Below, in pieces: positions 1 to 7,858 of a stretch of DNA of 30,054 nucleotides. The translations under genes were made by a program, and so were the position numbers. The notes below the pieces were generated by a model. The model was given only the letters and a program-made list of their open reading frames with translations. It had not been told where the DNA came from and did no database searches. Every line of letters begins with the position of its first letter. Positions within the stretch are counted from its first letter, which is position 1. Origin of the DNA: a virus (lineage: Duplodnaviria > Caudoviricetes); IMG/VR virus record IMGVR_UViG_3300042997_000065, positions 1 through 30,054 of that record; one strand, given 5' to 3'.

Positions 1-91
1 TATAGCAACTTTAACTATAAAGTAGGTCGGAGTCTACTCTTCCGACTCTATTTCAAGGTCAGGCCGTGTGTATAGCAAAAAGTTACATCAT

Positions 92-145
92 AAAGTGTGA
101 CATTAGGTACTTAATTAAGTAAATAGTAGGCTAACGTCGCACTTT
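92..145. repeat. 54-bp imperfect palindrome, copy A
   Basis: AAAGTGTGACATTAG-N24-CTAACGTCGCACTTT with 13/15 arm complementarity and an inner perfect palindrome TACTTAATTAAGTA (108-121). Matches 1470-1523 at 41/54 positions without gaps. Confidence 0.85.
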
Positions 146-154
146 TTTGTTAGG

Positions 155-388
155 TTATTCCATAGGATCCGCCATAGGTCCGATGTATATAGTATCATTC
201 TTAGTAAACTCTAGCATTATAGCTGAGTGATCCATAGGTATTGATTCTTCGTCATCATTCCAGATTATAACTTGATCTTTACGGACCTCTTCCACGCCAC
301 TCGTGTATAGCACCCACGCAGTTCCTATTGATCCGAATGTTATACCTAGTATTGTTCCTAGATATAGATTTTTAAACTCTTTATTCAT
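155..388 (-). CDS. small membrane-anchored hypothetical protein (leftward/early region)
   Basis: Part of ORF 155..466. The likely start is ATG 388 (or 409), downstream of the conserved motif at 414-444. N-terminal hydrophobic helix LYLGTILGITFGSIGTAWVLY. Confidence 0.65.
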   Translation of the reverse strand: MNKEFKNLYLGTILGITFGSIGTAWVLYTSGVEEVRKDQVIIWNDDEESIPMDHSAIMLEFTKNDTIYIGPMADPME

Positions 389-413
389 GTTATTTGTTTT
401 TAGATTCATTATT

Positions 414-444
414 ATTATCGTTTGTACTTCGTATTTTGATTGTA
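414..444 (-). promoter_or_regulatory. conserved 31-bp upstream motif, copy 1 (putative phage early promoter)
   Basis: Minus strand TACAATCAAAATACGAAGTACAAACGATAAT, same spacing as copies at 865-895 and 1011-1041. Confidence 0.65.
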
Positions 445-452
445 GAAGAGGC

Positions 453-824
453 CTATTCGACCTCAACTACATCCAAGTTTGTTACTTGAGCCAAGTGTCT
501 AACATTACTTGGCATATCAGTTGATTGTGACCAATACTCTCGTTTGATCCAACAAGGCATTATAGATAACTTTGGTAACATTATCTTTAATACTTCATCA
601 TGGTTGTAAGTTATTCTTTGATTCTTGTTATTAACGAATGTTATTACTTGATTACGTCCGAGCCAAGACTTCCGTACTACAAAGTTAGCTCGTTCGATCG
701 GTGGATAGATCAAAGCCAGATCTTCCGGACTTAGTTTGGATATGGCCTCAGAGATTAATTCTTTTGAAGTTTTTACTACTTCTACAACTTCTACAACTTC
801 TACTTCTTTTTTAAATTTGTTCAT
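453..824 (-). CDS. hypothetical protein, 123 aa (leftward/early region)
   Basis: Clean ORF with A-rich start context, downstream of motif copy 2. The N-terminal VEVVEVVEV comes from a 9-bp tandem repeat. Confidence 0.8.
   Translation of the reverse strand: MNKFKKEVEVVEVVEVVKTSKELISEAISKLSPEDLALIYPPIERANFVVRKSWLGRNQVITFVNNKNQRITYNHDEVLKIMLPKLSIMPCWIKREYWSQSTDMPSNVRHLAQVTNLDVVEVE
778..804. repeat. 9-bp tandem repeat x3 (ACTTCTACA), in frame
   Basis: ACTTCTACA ACTTCTACA ACTTCTACT read directly. Confidence 0.8.
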
Positions 825-864
825 GATTTTTAGTATTTATTTGATTATTATTAGATTCATGTTT

Positions 865-895
865 ATTATCAACTACTCGTCGTGTTGAGATTGTA
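865..895 (-). promoter_or_regulatory. conserved 31-bp upstream motif, copy 2
   Basis: Minus strand TACAATCTCAACACGACGAGTAGTTGATAAT, upstream of ORF 453..824. Confidence 0.65.
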
Positions 896-974
896 AGTTA
901 GTTTCGTCTTGAGTTAAGAAACTTTTGAACATTTCAATCTCTTGTCTTCTTTGTTCTAGTGTCATCATAGTCAT
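873..974 (-). CDS. 33-aa peptide MTMMTLEQRRQEIEMFKSFLTQDETNLQSQHDE (not in ORF track)
   Basis: ATG at 974 after the A-rich leader CATTAACAACA, TAG at 873-875, directly downstream of motif copy 3. Confidence 0.5.
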   Translation of the reverse strand: MTMMTLEQRRQEIEMFKSFLTQDETNLQSQHDE

Positions 975-1010
975 TGTTGTTAATGTTGTTATTTTGTTAC
1001 TTACATCTAT

Positions 1011-1041
1011 ATTATCATTTACTCTTCGTGTTTAGATTGTA
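1011..1041 (-). promoter_or_regulatory. conserved 31-bp upstream motif, copy 3
   Basis: Minus strand TACAATCTAAACACGAAGAGTAAATGATAAT. Confidence 0.65.
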
Positions 1042-1281
1042 AATAAATATATATACCATCAAATGCTATACACTACGTGTTGCTCCGTGCTGCCACGAAT
1101 GCACGCGTCAACTCTAAGACGTCAAATCATGATTAGCTGGATGTAATAGGTTAACTAGTTAGTTATCGATCCTGGTCAACCGAAAAGGCAAACTCATTTC
1201 CATGAAACTGGAATATGGTGGGGGACCCGGTAAAACCAAAGTCGTTTTCCTTTTGGGGCTGTCTCCTAGGAATGCGTATAT

Positions 1282-1386
1282 AACCCGTTGTTTATATATT
1301 CATAATATAATTTTTTTTTAAAAACCCGTTACTTATATATTTATAATACAATTAATTTTGAACCCGTCATTTATATTTTTTACAAT
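1282..1386 (+). repeat. three direct repeats AACCCGT-Y-NN-TTATAT-W-TT at ~40-bp period (iteron-like or packaging-related)
   Basis: Copies start at 1282, 1323 and 1361 in a very AT-rich non-coding stretch. Confidence 0.75.
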
Positions 1387-1469
1387 GTGTCGTATATTAC
1401 TCAGTATGATTGATTTTGTGTATTATATGACGCGTTATATTTTATATTTCGATATGAGATATGGATTCT

Positions 1470-1523
1470 AAAGTGTGACGTTTGGTAGTTATATATAATA
1501 GTAGTAGGCTAATGTCACACTGT
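1470..1523. repeat. 54-bp imperfect palindrome, copy B
   Basis: AAAGTGTGACGTTTGG...GGCTAATGTCACACTGT with perfect AGTGTGAC/GTCACACT arms and inner palindrome TTATATATAA. Same orientation as copy A. Confidence 0.85.
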
Positions 1524-1573
1524 AAAACACTGTAATAATACGTAAGTATATAGATATAATAAAAGTTACTATT

Positions 1574-1852
1574 ATGGCATTTGAATTAAAGAATCAATCA
1601 CCTTTATTGAAGCAGAATTTATCTCCTTTAGCGGCTAAGAAAAAAGCGGCTAGAGATCTTGCTTATGCTAAAACTGATGATAGGAGAATTAAGAAGGCAC
1701 ACTCACAGAGAATGCATCGTAAAGATCCTAGAGGTAAAGGTATGGACTATGATCATGAGGATGGTAGATTTGAGAGTGTCAAGCAGAACAGAGGTAATGA
1801 AGGTGAAGGAACTAAAAGAGAGAGTGGTAAGAAATATAAGATAAAAGACTGA
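1574..1852 (+). CDS. small basic protein with minimal HNH-like motif
   Basis: GMDYDH...FESVKQNRG resembles the D-x-D-H...N-R core of small phage HNH-like proteins. First gene of the rightward operon. Confidence 0.6.
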   Translation: MAFELKNQSPLLKQNLSPLAAKKKAARDLAYAKTDDRRIKKAHSQRMHRKDPRGKGMDYDHEDGRFESVKQNRGNEGEGTKRESGKKYKIKD

Positions 1853-2121
1853 TGGCTACGCAGAAATTTATGGGTAAGGGTCAGTTGATTAATAGATTGG
1901 CTGCTCAGGTTGGTAGTAAGGAACTTGCTATTAAATTACTTAAGAAGAGAGGTCAATTGACAGAGGGCGGTAATCTTACTGCCGAAGGTAAAGCAAGTAA
2001 TAATATGACTGCTGAGGAACGTGCTAAGGATAGAGCTTCTAAAGCGACTGGTGAACCTAAAGGTAATTTCAGTTATGACCCGGTTACAAATAGAACAAGA
2101 AAGTTAAATAGAAAGAAATAA
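1852..2121 (+). CDS. small basic hypothetical protein
   Basis: TGATG stop/start coupling with the upstream gene. Confidence 0.8.
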   Translation: MATQKFMGKGQLINRLAAQVGSKELAIKLLKKRGQLTEGGNLTAEGKASNNMTAEERAKDRASKATGEPKGNFSYDPVTNRTRKLNRKK

Positions 2122-2124
2122 TTT

Positions 2125-2715
2125 ATGGAAAATATAGGAGGACCTGTTGCAAATAAGTTTGATTCAGCAGTACCTAAAAAATCCGCAAGAGCTACTAGAA
2201 CATCACGCAAAAGTAATAGTTCTGAATATAAAGGATTATCTACTGAAGGTAAGATAAATAAGTTTTTGGGTGATCCAAAAGGGAAAGCAGTAAAAGATTC
2301 AGATATAAACCCTGATGAAAATTTTATAGATAACATTAGACATGCTTCTGCTGGAAGATATACTCAGGAAGCTATTTCTAGTAGATTTGGTGGGGGTGTT
2401 ACTGGTACAATAGCTGGTTTAGTTGGTTCTAACTTAATGGGTGCTGCTCATGAGTTTAGAGCAATAAGAAAAGATAAGAGACCCTTAGGTACGAAGTTAA
2501 GAGAATCTGGAGAAGATATGTTTAACAATGCTGCTGGGTCCGTTGTTGGTTCATTACCTACTAGTGCAAAATCAAAAACACAAACTATATATAAATTATC
2601 ATTTGGCAATATACTAGCCGACGGATATGTTTCTACGCCTAAAGGTAAAAAAGCGGGGTTGTCTGATAATTTGTATTTTAAGGATGAAAAAGGAATTGTA
2701 AATAAAAAATACTAA
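2125..2715 (+). CDS. hypothetical protein with DUF6973/serum-amyloid-A-like motif set
   Basis: DNIRHA...GAAHE...EDMFNNAAG pattern, recognised from memory. Confidence 0.55.
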   Translation: MENIGGPVANKFDSAVPKKSARATRTSRKSNSSEYKGLSTEGKINKFLGDPKGKAVKDSDINPDENFIDNIRHASAGRYTQEAISSRFGGGVTGTIAGLVGSNLMGAAHEFRAIRKDKRPLGTKLRESGEDMFNNAAGSVVGSLPTSAKSKTQTIYKLSFGNILADGYVSTPKGKKAGLSDNLYFKDEKGIVNKKY

Positions 2716-2719
2716 TAAT

Positions 2720-3010
2720 ATGAACACAAAAGGTATTGGTCCACAAGGTTTAGGTACAAGTAAGAATAAAGGATATACAATAGGAGAAGCTCGTAATAGT
2801 CCAGCTAAAAAACTAAATGACTTAAGTGGTGATGGTAAAGTTACGCAAAAAGATGTTTTAATTGGTAGAGGTGTATTGTCTGCTAAAAGCCCATTAAAGC
2901 AAACAGTAAAAGATGCATGTTACAAAAAGGTTAAAGCTTCTTACGATGTTTTTCCTTCCGCGTATGCTAGTGGCGCTATCGCTAAGTGTAGAAAGAATAA
3001 AGGTAAATAA
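2720..3010 (+). CDS. small modular basic protein (EF-hand/dockerin-like loop plus KDACY...PSAYASG module)
   Basis: DLSGDGKVTQKD Ca-loop-like motif. KDACYKKVK...FPSAYASGAIAKCRK resembles a module common in aquatic phages. Confidence 0.75.
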   Translation: MNTKGIGPQGLGTSKNKGYTIGEARNSPAKKLNDLSGDGKVTQKDVLIGRGVLSAKSPLKQTVKDACYKKVKASYDVFPSAYASGAIAKCRKNKGK

Positions 3011-3014
3011 TACC

Positions 3015-3266
3015 ATGATACGCAAAACAGAAAAAGGAGCATCGTTAAAAAGATGGTTCAAAGAAAAGTGGACAGATGAAAAAGGCAACGAATGTGGTTC
3101 CACTAAAAATAAGAATACAAAAGCATGTAGACCATCAGTCAGAGTAAGTGGCGATTCGCCTAAACCTTGGAGGGAGATGTCAGCATCGGAAAAAACAAAA
3201 GTAGTATCAGCAAAGAAGAAAGTTGGTATGGGAAATAGAAGATCAAGTAAAAGTAACGTATCATAA
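3015..3266 (+). CDS. small basic protein, LKRWFKEKW...CG...CRP family (DUF5872-like)
   Basis: In frame with track ORF 2913..3266. ATG 3015 lies just after the upstream stop at 3010. Confidence 0.7.
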   Translation: MIRKTEKGASLKRWFKEKWTDEKGNECGSTKNKNTKACRPSVRVSGDSPKPWREMSASEKTKVVSAKKKVGMGNRRSSKSNVS

Positions 3267-3275
3267 ATAATAAAC

Positions 3276-3614
3276 ATGGGATCAATATTATCAAAACATA
3301 TTACATCGGGGAGTTGCAGTTGCGGTTGTGAGGCATCCCCTCTTAAGAAAACAGCAGCATGGACACGCAAGGAGGGTAAAGATCCAAAAGGTGGATTGAA
3401 CGCTAAAGGCGTTGCTAGTTATAGGAGAGAAAATCCAGGGTCAAAGTTGCAAACAGCTGTGACAAAAAAACCATCAGAATTAAAGGATGGTAGTAAAGAT
3501 GCAAAGCGTAGAAAATCATTCTGCGCTAGGATGTCTGGTATGCCAGGTCCTATGAAGAAACCAAACGGAGAACCAACAAGAAAAAAATTAGCACTAGATA
3601 AGTGGAACTGTTAA
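3276..3614 (+). CDS. small basic protein, DUF6321-like
   Basis: AWTRKEGKDPKGGLNAKG...RRKSFCARM...KWNC signature, recognised from memory. Confidence 0.75.
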   Translation: MGSILSKHITSGSCSCGCEASPLKKTAAWTRKEGKDPKGGLNAKGVASYRRENPGSKLQTAVTKKPSELKDGSKDAKRRKSFCARMSGMPGPMKKPNGEPTRKKLALDKWNC

Positions 3615-3627
3615 TAATAAATAAACA

Positions 3628-4494
3628 ATGGCAATAAACTATAGTTATCCAATAGGTAACCCCGCAACAGGTGATACGTTAATAGGTTCTAAGAATATGG
3701 GAGAAGAAGGTATGATCACTAAATCTTTTACGATTGGTGATATACTAGCCCTTGGCAATGGTGCAGTTGGGCCGCAAGGGCCTGTTGGACCACAAGGACC
3801 TCCTGGTACAGTATGGCAAGGAGAGTGGATAACTGACGGTGATTATCTTGTAAACGACGCCGTAAGTTACGACGGTTCCTCTTATATTTGTGTTTCACCA
3901 GTTGAAGGTTCGGATACACCACCTGATAGTGATCCTGCTAATTGGGATTTACTAGCTGAAAAAGGAGATATTGGGCCGGCTGGTCCTCAAGTTTCTCAGA
4001 TACCTTTTAGTTTTAAAGCTAACAATACAGGGACTACAGCGTTGCCTACTGATTTTACTTTTAGAAGTCCTGGAGTGCAAACCTTAGCAGACACGCCAAC
4101 TTTCTCTGACGACCAAACGCCTACCGGGACTGTTGGTAAATTCTATGACTGGCAACAAGTCGGTAACTTAGTCACTATAACTATATGGGTTGAATATGCT
4201 ACGTGGTTAGTTGAGACGGGTGAGTGGATAAGATTTAATCTACCGTCAGATATGCCAAGTCCAATGATGCCTACTGGGTTTTCAGGATCTAATAGAGTAG
4301 TATATACTGGAGTAGGTTCGGCTTATACAACCGACAGTAGTATAGTACAAACTGTAGGGGCTCAGACAATGAGCTTATTGAGGGTCAATGGTTCTTCAGA
4401 ACCGTTAGGCTTCCATTTTCTTATTCCCTATACTATAGATGCTGGAGATCCTTTTAAAGTGTTTAGAATGACACTACAATACTTTACAGCATAA
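3628..4494 (+). CDS. fibre/spike protein with collagen-like repeats and CBM5/12-like module
   Basis: GAVGPQGPVGPQGPPG and WQGEW...YLVNDAVSYDGSSYIC...NWDLL, followed by a beta-rich C-terminus. Confidence 0.7.
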   Translation: MAINYSYPIGNPATGDTLIGSKNMGEEGMITKSFTIGDILALGNGAVGPQGPVGPQGPPGTVWQGEWITDGDYLVNDAVSYDGSSYICVSPVEGSDTPPDSDPANWDLLAEKGDIGPAGPQVSQIPFSFKANNTGTTALPTDFTFRSPGVQTLADTPTFSDDQTPTGTVGKFYDWQQVGNLVTITIWVEYATWLVETGEWIRFNLPSDMPSPMMPTGFSGSNRVVYTGVGSAYTTDSSIVQTVGAQTMSLLRVNGSSEPLGFHFLIPYTIDAGDPFKVFRMTLQYFTA

Positions 4495-4521
4495 TAATAC
4501 ACGCATCGACAAAAACTATAT

Positions 4522-7239
4522 ATGGCAATAGCTAATTCGTATTTTAATAACTCACCGATAACAGATTCAGATATATTCGTAGGTACTAAGTATGCTACGA
4601 ATAGAACTGTAAACTATACGGCACAAAGTATTGCTGATTATCTAAACGTCAATGCTAGAATATCCATAAGTGGACAATTAACATTTAAGTTTACCATTTT
4701 ACCAAACGTAGCGAAAACAATTGCTTTTGAGAACGGTGGTGGAGATGGTAGACTTTTTTCATCTATAGATAAACTTATAGTCTCTATATTAGATGCCGGA
4801 GGCAGTAACGTTACAGTATTCTTAGATTACTTAAAGGATAGTGAAATACTACTTGCTGAGCAAAACCAGCCAAACTCGTTTGGGCATTACAAAGTAACTG
4901 ACTATGTTATTACTGCTAATACAAACTTCTACGAACTAAGTTTAGAATACATCGGAGGAAATGGTAATATATATAAAGATGTATATTACGATATAACTCC
5001 TTGGGCAAGTTCTGGAGCATCTGGAATACCAAATCTTCAGCAAGTAACTGATGAAGGTGCAATAACAACAAATACTATAACAGTAACCGACACTGTTGCT
5101 GGTAAAAGAACTGAATTAAGAGATTTAGGGGTTATATTATATGATGAAGATTTGTATCCTGGCGAAGAATCTGCAGCATTTCTAGTTGGTCAATTATATT
5201 TAAGGGATATGAAAGGACAACCGCAAACTAATATTGCGTTAGTGGTTGACTCTGAAAATCCTTATAATATAAACATGCAATTTAATAGAAATAATAAACG
5301 TGTTTCTTTAACATTGCCTACTACTTTAAACGCTAATGATACTGGTCTATTATTACCAAGTAAACCAACAAGTGGATTTTATACACTTGCAACACTAGAC
5401 GATATACCATCTCTCACTGGATATGTTCAAACTTCGAGAACTTTAACAATAAATAGTATATCATATGATTTAAGTTCTAATAGAAGTTGGAGTGTTGGTG
5501 ATTTGTTATCTTCAGGAAGTTACGCTAATCCTTCTTGGATTACATCCCTAGCTTATAGTAAATTAACTGGAACGCCTACTATACCGACTGTAGGTACTTG
5601 GGGAACTTTAAACTACCCAACCTGGGTTTCAGGAACACCATTTGTGAAAATGACTGCTGCTGGTACATTTGCTCTTGATACAAATACATATTTAACTACA
5701 GCTGTTACATCTGTAGATTTATCAATGCCTAGTGCTTTTATAGTTTCAAATAACCCAGTTACTACAAGTGGTACATTAACTGTTATAGGAGCAGGTTTAG
5801 TATCTCAATATATTAGAGGTGATGGTAGTTTAGCTAATTTTCCAACTTCAAGTGGTGGCGGTTCTTCATTATCATTTTATCTTAATGGTTCAGTTTCACA
5901 AGGCACATTTGGAGGAGTTGCATTTAAAGAAATGGATAGAACACCAATTCTAGGTGCAGGTACAGATTTTACAATAAATGCAAATGGTTATATTCAATCA
6001 TTTATTACAGATGCAGGAGTACCAAATCAATTAGAGATACCAGCAGGAAATTGGAATTTTGAAACCTATTTTAGTGCTTCAAGTGGTGGAGGTTCGCCAT
6101 CATTTTACGTTGAGTTATACAAATGGGATGGTACAACTTTAACATTAATTGCTAGTAATTCAGCAAATCCAGAAGGAATAACAAATGGTACTGTTACAGA
6201 TTTATATGTAAGTGCTTTAGCAGTTCCACAAACTGCTTTATTAGCAACTGATAGACTAGCAGTTAGAATTTACGTTACACATAGTGGTAGAACAATTAAA
6301 TTGCATACAGAAGATAATCATCTTTGTCAAGTAATAACAACTTTCTCAACTGGACTTACTGCATTAAATGGACTTGCTGCACAAGTACAGAATTTTGCAG
6401 TAGATACAACAGGAACTGATTTTGCAATATCTTCTACAGGAACAACACATACATTTAATCTACCTACAGCATCTGCTACAAATAGAGGAGCTTTAAGTTC
6501 TGCGGATTGGACAACATTTAATAATAAGCAAACTGACCTTTTTGAGTTTAATACAAAACAAGGTTTTTATTTCTTTGAAGATTTTTTAGGAAATCCAGCA
6601 AATAGCAATACAAATACAATGGGTATTTCAACTAGTGCTAGTGGTGTTGGAGCAGTTTGTATTCCTAATACAACATACCCAAACAGAACAAACCAACAAG
6701 GTGTTATGCAAATGGGTACTGGTACAACAGCAATTGGAGCATCCGCAATAAGACTTGGAGATAATAATAGTACCACTCATTATTTAGGAAATGGAGTTTA
6801 TACAATGCAGTTTTTTATAAATATTGAAACATTATCAACACTAAGTGAAAGATTTTATTTAATAATAGGTTCAACAACAACTGGTAATTTTGCTAATACT
6901 AATGGAATATTTTTTATTTATGATGAGGGTGTAGGTACTTACGGTGCAGCAAGTCCAAATTTTAAATGTGTAACAAGAAGTGCGCTTATAGGAACAACAA
7001 CAATTACAAGTGTACCAGTAGTGGCTTCACAATGGTATGTGTTAAAAATTGTAATTAATGCTAATGCAACAAGTGTTGAGTTTTTTATAGATGGAGTATC
7101 AGTAGCTACTCATACAACAAACATTCCTACATTAATTACTCCAAGAGTAACTATGCAAAAAACTATAGGTTTAACAAATAGAAATGCATTTTGTGATTAT
7201 TTTTTAGTTAAACAAACTTACACAACACCAAGAACATGA
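4522..7239 (+). CDS. tail fibre / receptor-binding protein, 905 aa
   Basis: T/S/G-rich mosaic protein. C-terminal ConA/LamG-like strand pattern WYVLKIVINANATSVEFFIDG. The N-terminus resembles that of 3628..4494. Confidence 0.75.
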   Translation: MAIANSYFNNSPITDSDIFVGTKYATNRTVNYTAQSIADYLNVNARISISGQLTFKFTILPNVAKTIAFENGGGDGRLFSSIDKLIVSILDAGGSNVTVFLDYLKDSEILLAEQNQPNSFGHYKVTDYVITANTNFYELSLEYIGGNGNIYKDVYYDITPWASSGASGIPNLQQVTDEGAITTNTITVTDTVAGKRTELRDLGVILYDEDLYPGEESAAFLVGQLYLRDMKGQPQTNIALVVDSENPYNINMQFNRNNKRVSLTLPTTLNANDTGLLLPSKPTSGFYTLATLDDIPSLTGYVQTSRTLTINSISYDLSSNRSWSVGDLLSSGSYANPSWITSLAYSKLTGTPTIPTVGTWGTLNYPTWVSGTPFVKMTAAGTFALDTNTYLTTAVTSVDLSMPSAFIVSNNPVTTSGTLTVIGAGLVSQYIRGDGSLANFPTSSGGGSSLSFYLNGSVSQGTFGGVAFKEMDRTPILGAGTDFTINANGYIQSFITDAGVPNQLEIPAGNWNFETYFSASSGGGSPSFYVELYKWDGTTLTLIASNSANPEGITNGTVTDLYVSALAVPQTALLATDRLAVRIYVTHSGRTIKLHTEDNHLCQVITTFSTGLTALNGLAAQVQNFAVDTTGTDFAISSTGTTHTFNLPTASATNRGALSSADWTTFNNKQTDLFEFNTKQGFYFFEDFLGNPANSNTNTMGISTSASGVGAVCIPNTTYPNRTNQQGVMQMGTGTTAIGASAIRLGDNNSTTHYLGNGVYTMQFFINIETLSTLSERFYLIIGSTTTGNFANTNGIFFIYDEGVGTYGAASPNFKCVTRSALIGTTTITSVPVVASQWYVLKIVINANATSVEFFIDGVSVATHTTNIPTLITPRVTMQKTIGLTNRNAFCDYFLVKQTYTTPRT

Positions 7240-7463
7240 TAAAATATAGATATACCTTAGGAAATACAAGTATTGAAACTTTAAATTTGAATGATATTCC
7301 AGAAGGAATTATATACGAAACAATAGATTTCGCGATAGAAGTTGAACAAGAACCGCCACTACCACCACTAGTAAATGATATTATAGTAGATTTGATTATA
7401 AAACAAATTGAAACAATGACAGAGCAAGAAAAGATTGATTTATTACAAAACTTATTAAATTAG
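7236..7463 (+). CDS. small acidic protein, possible fibre chaperone
   Basis: ATGA overlap with the fibre gene. Function inferred from position only. Confidence 0.55.
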   Translation: MIKYRYTLGNTSIETLNLNDIPEGIIYETIDFAIEVEQEPPLPPLVNDIIVDLIIKQIETMTEQEKIDLLQNLLN

Positions 7464-7465
7464 AT

Positions 7466-7858
7466 ATGAATTTTTTTTACGAATATTGGCAAACTATTAT
7501 AGGAACATTAGCGGCTCCAGTAGCGTGGTTTTTTGGCGGTAGAGCAAAACAACGTCAGGACTCTGTAAGTACAATGAAAACAATGTATGATGACTTCCTA
7601 ATGGTTTACAAAAACCGAATGGATGAAGTTATGGCGGAAGGAGTTGAAATGAAAAAACACATCCTTACTCTACAAACAGACTTTAATAATATTCAAATGA
7701 GTTATGCTAAAGAAGTAGAGAAGTCACAAAACTGGGAAAAATTACACAGAGTTTTAACAGACAAATATAATGAATTAGCAAAAGACCACGAACAATTAAA
7801 AGGTTTATATTCTAAATTAAAAGAAGATTTTGACAAACATAAAAGAGCAGCAAAATGA
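7466..7858 (+). CDS. membrane-anchored coiled-coil protein (holin/lysis accessory candidate)
   Basis: N-terminal hydrophobic segment plus heptad-rich helix, two genes upstream of the endolysin. Confidence 0.55.
   Translation: MNFFYEYWQTIIGTLAAPVAWFFGGRAKQRQDSVSTMKTMYDDFLMVYKNRMDEVMAEGVEMKKHILTLQTDFNNIQMSYAKEVEKSQNWEKLHRVLTDKYNELAKDHEQLKGLYSKLKEDFDKHKRAAK

Noticed and set aside
26-46. Short hairpin GTCGGA-N9-TCCGAC
   Set aside because: Only a 6-7 bp stem at the window edge without a clear U-tract, so no function can be assigned.
303-524. + strand 73-aa ORF
   Set aside because: It is antisense to two leftward genes and crosses their conserved upstream motif.
414-1041. CRISPR array or integron attC interpretation of the 31-bp repeats
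   Set aside because: Copies are degenerate, non-palindromic and irregularly spaced, with no cas or integrase gene and no attC R-box structure.
1181-1270. Partial resemblance to a c-di-GMP-I (GEMM) riboswitch (GGCAAAC...GAAA...GGGAC...AAAAC)
   Set aside because: The GACGCAAA junction and second hairpin with tetraloop receptor are not matched. An Infernal search would be needed to revive it.
1659-3922. Alternative-frame or antisense ORFs 1659..1844, 2073..2336, 2894..3370, 3728..3922
   Set aside because: They fully overlap better-supported, tightly coupled + strand genes.
4522-7239. Diversity-generating retroelement target in the fibre C-terminus
   Set aside because: No template repeat or reverse transcriptase is seen in the window.
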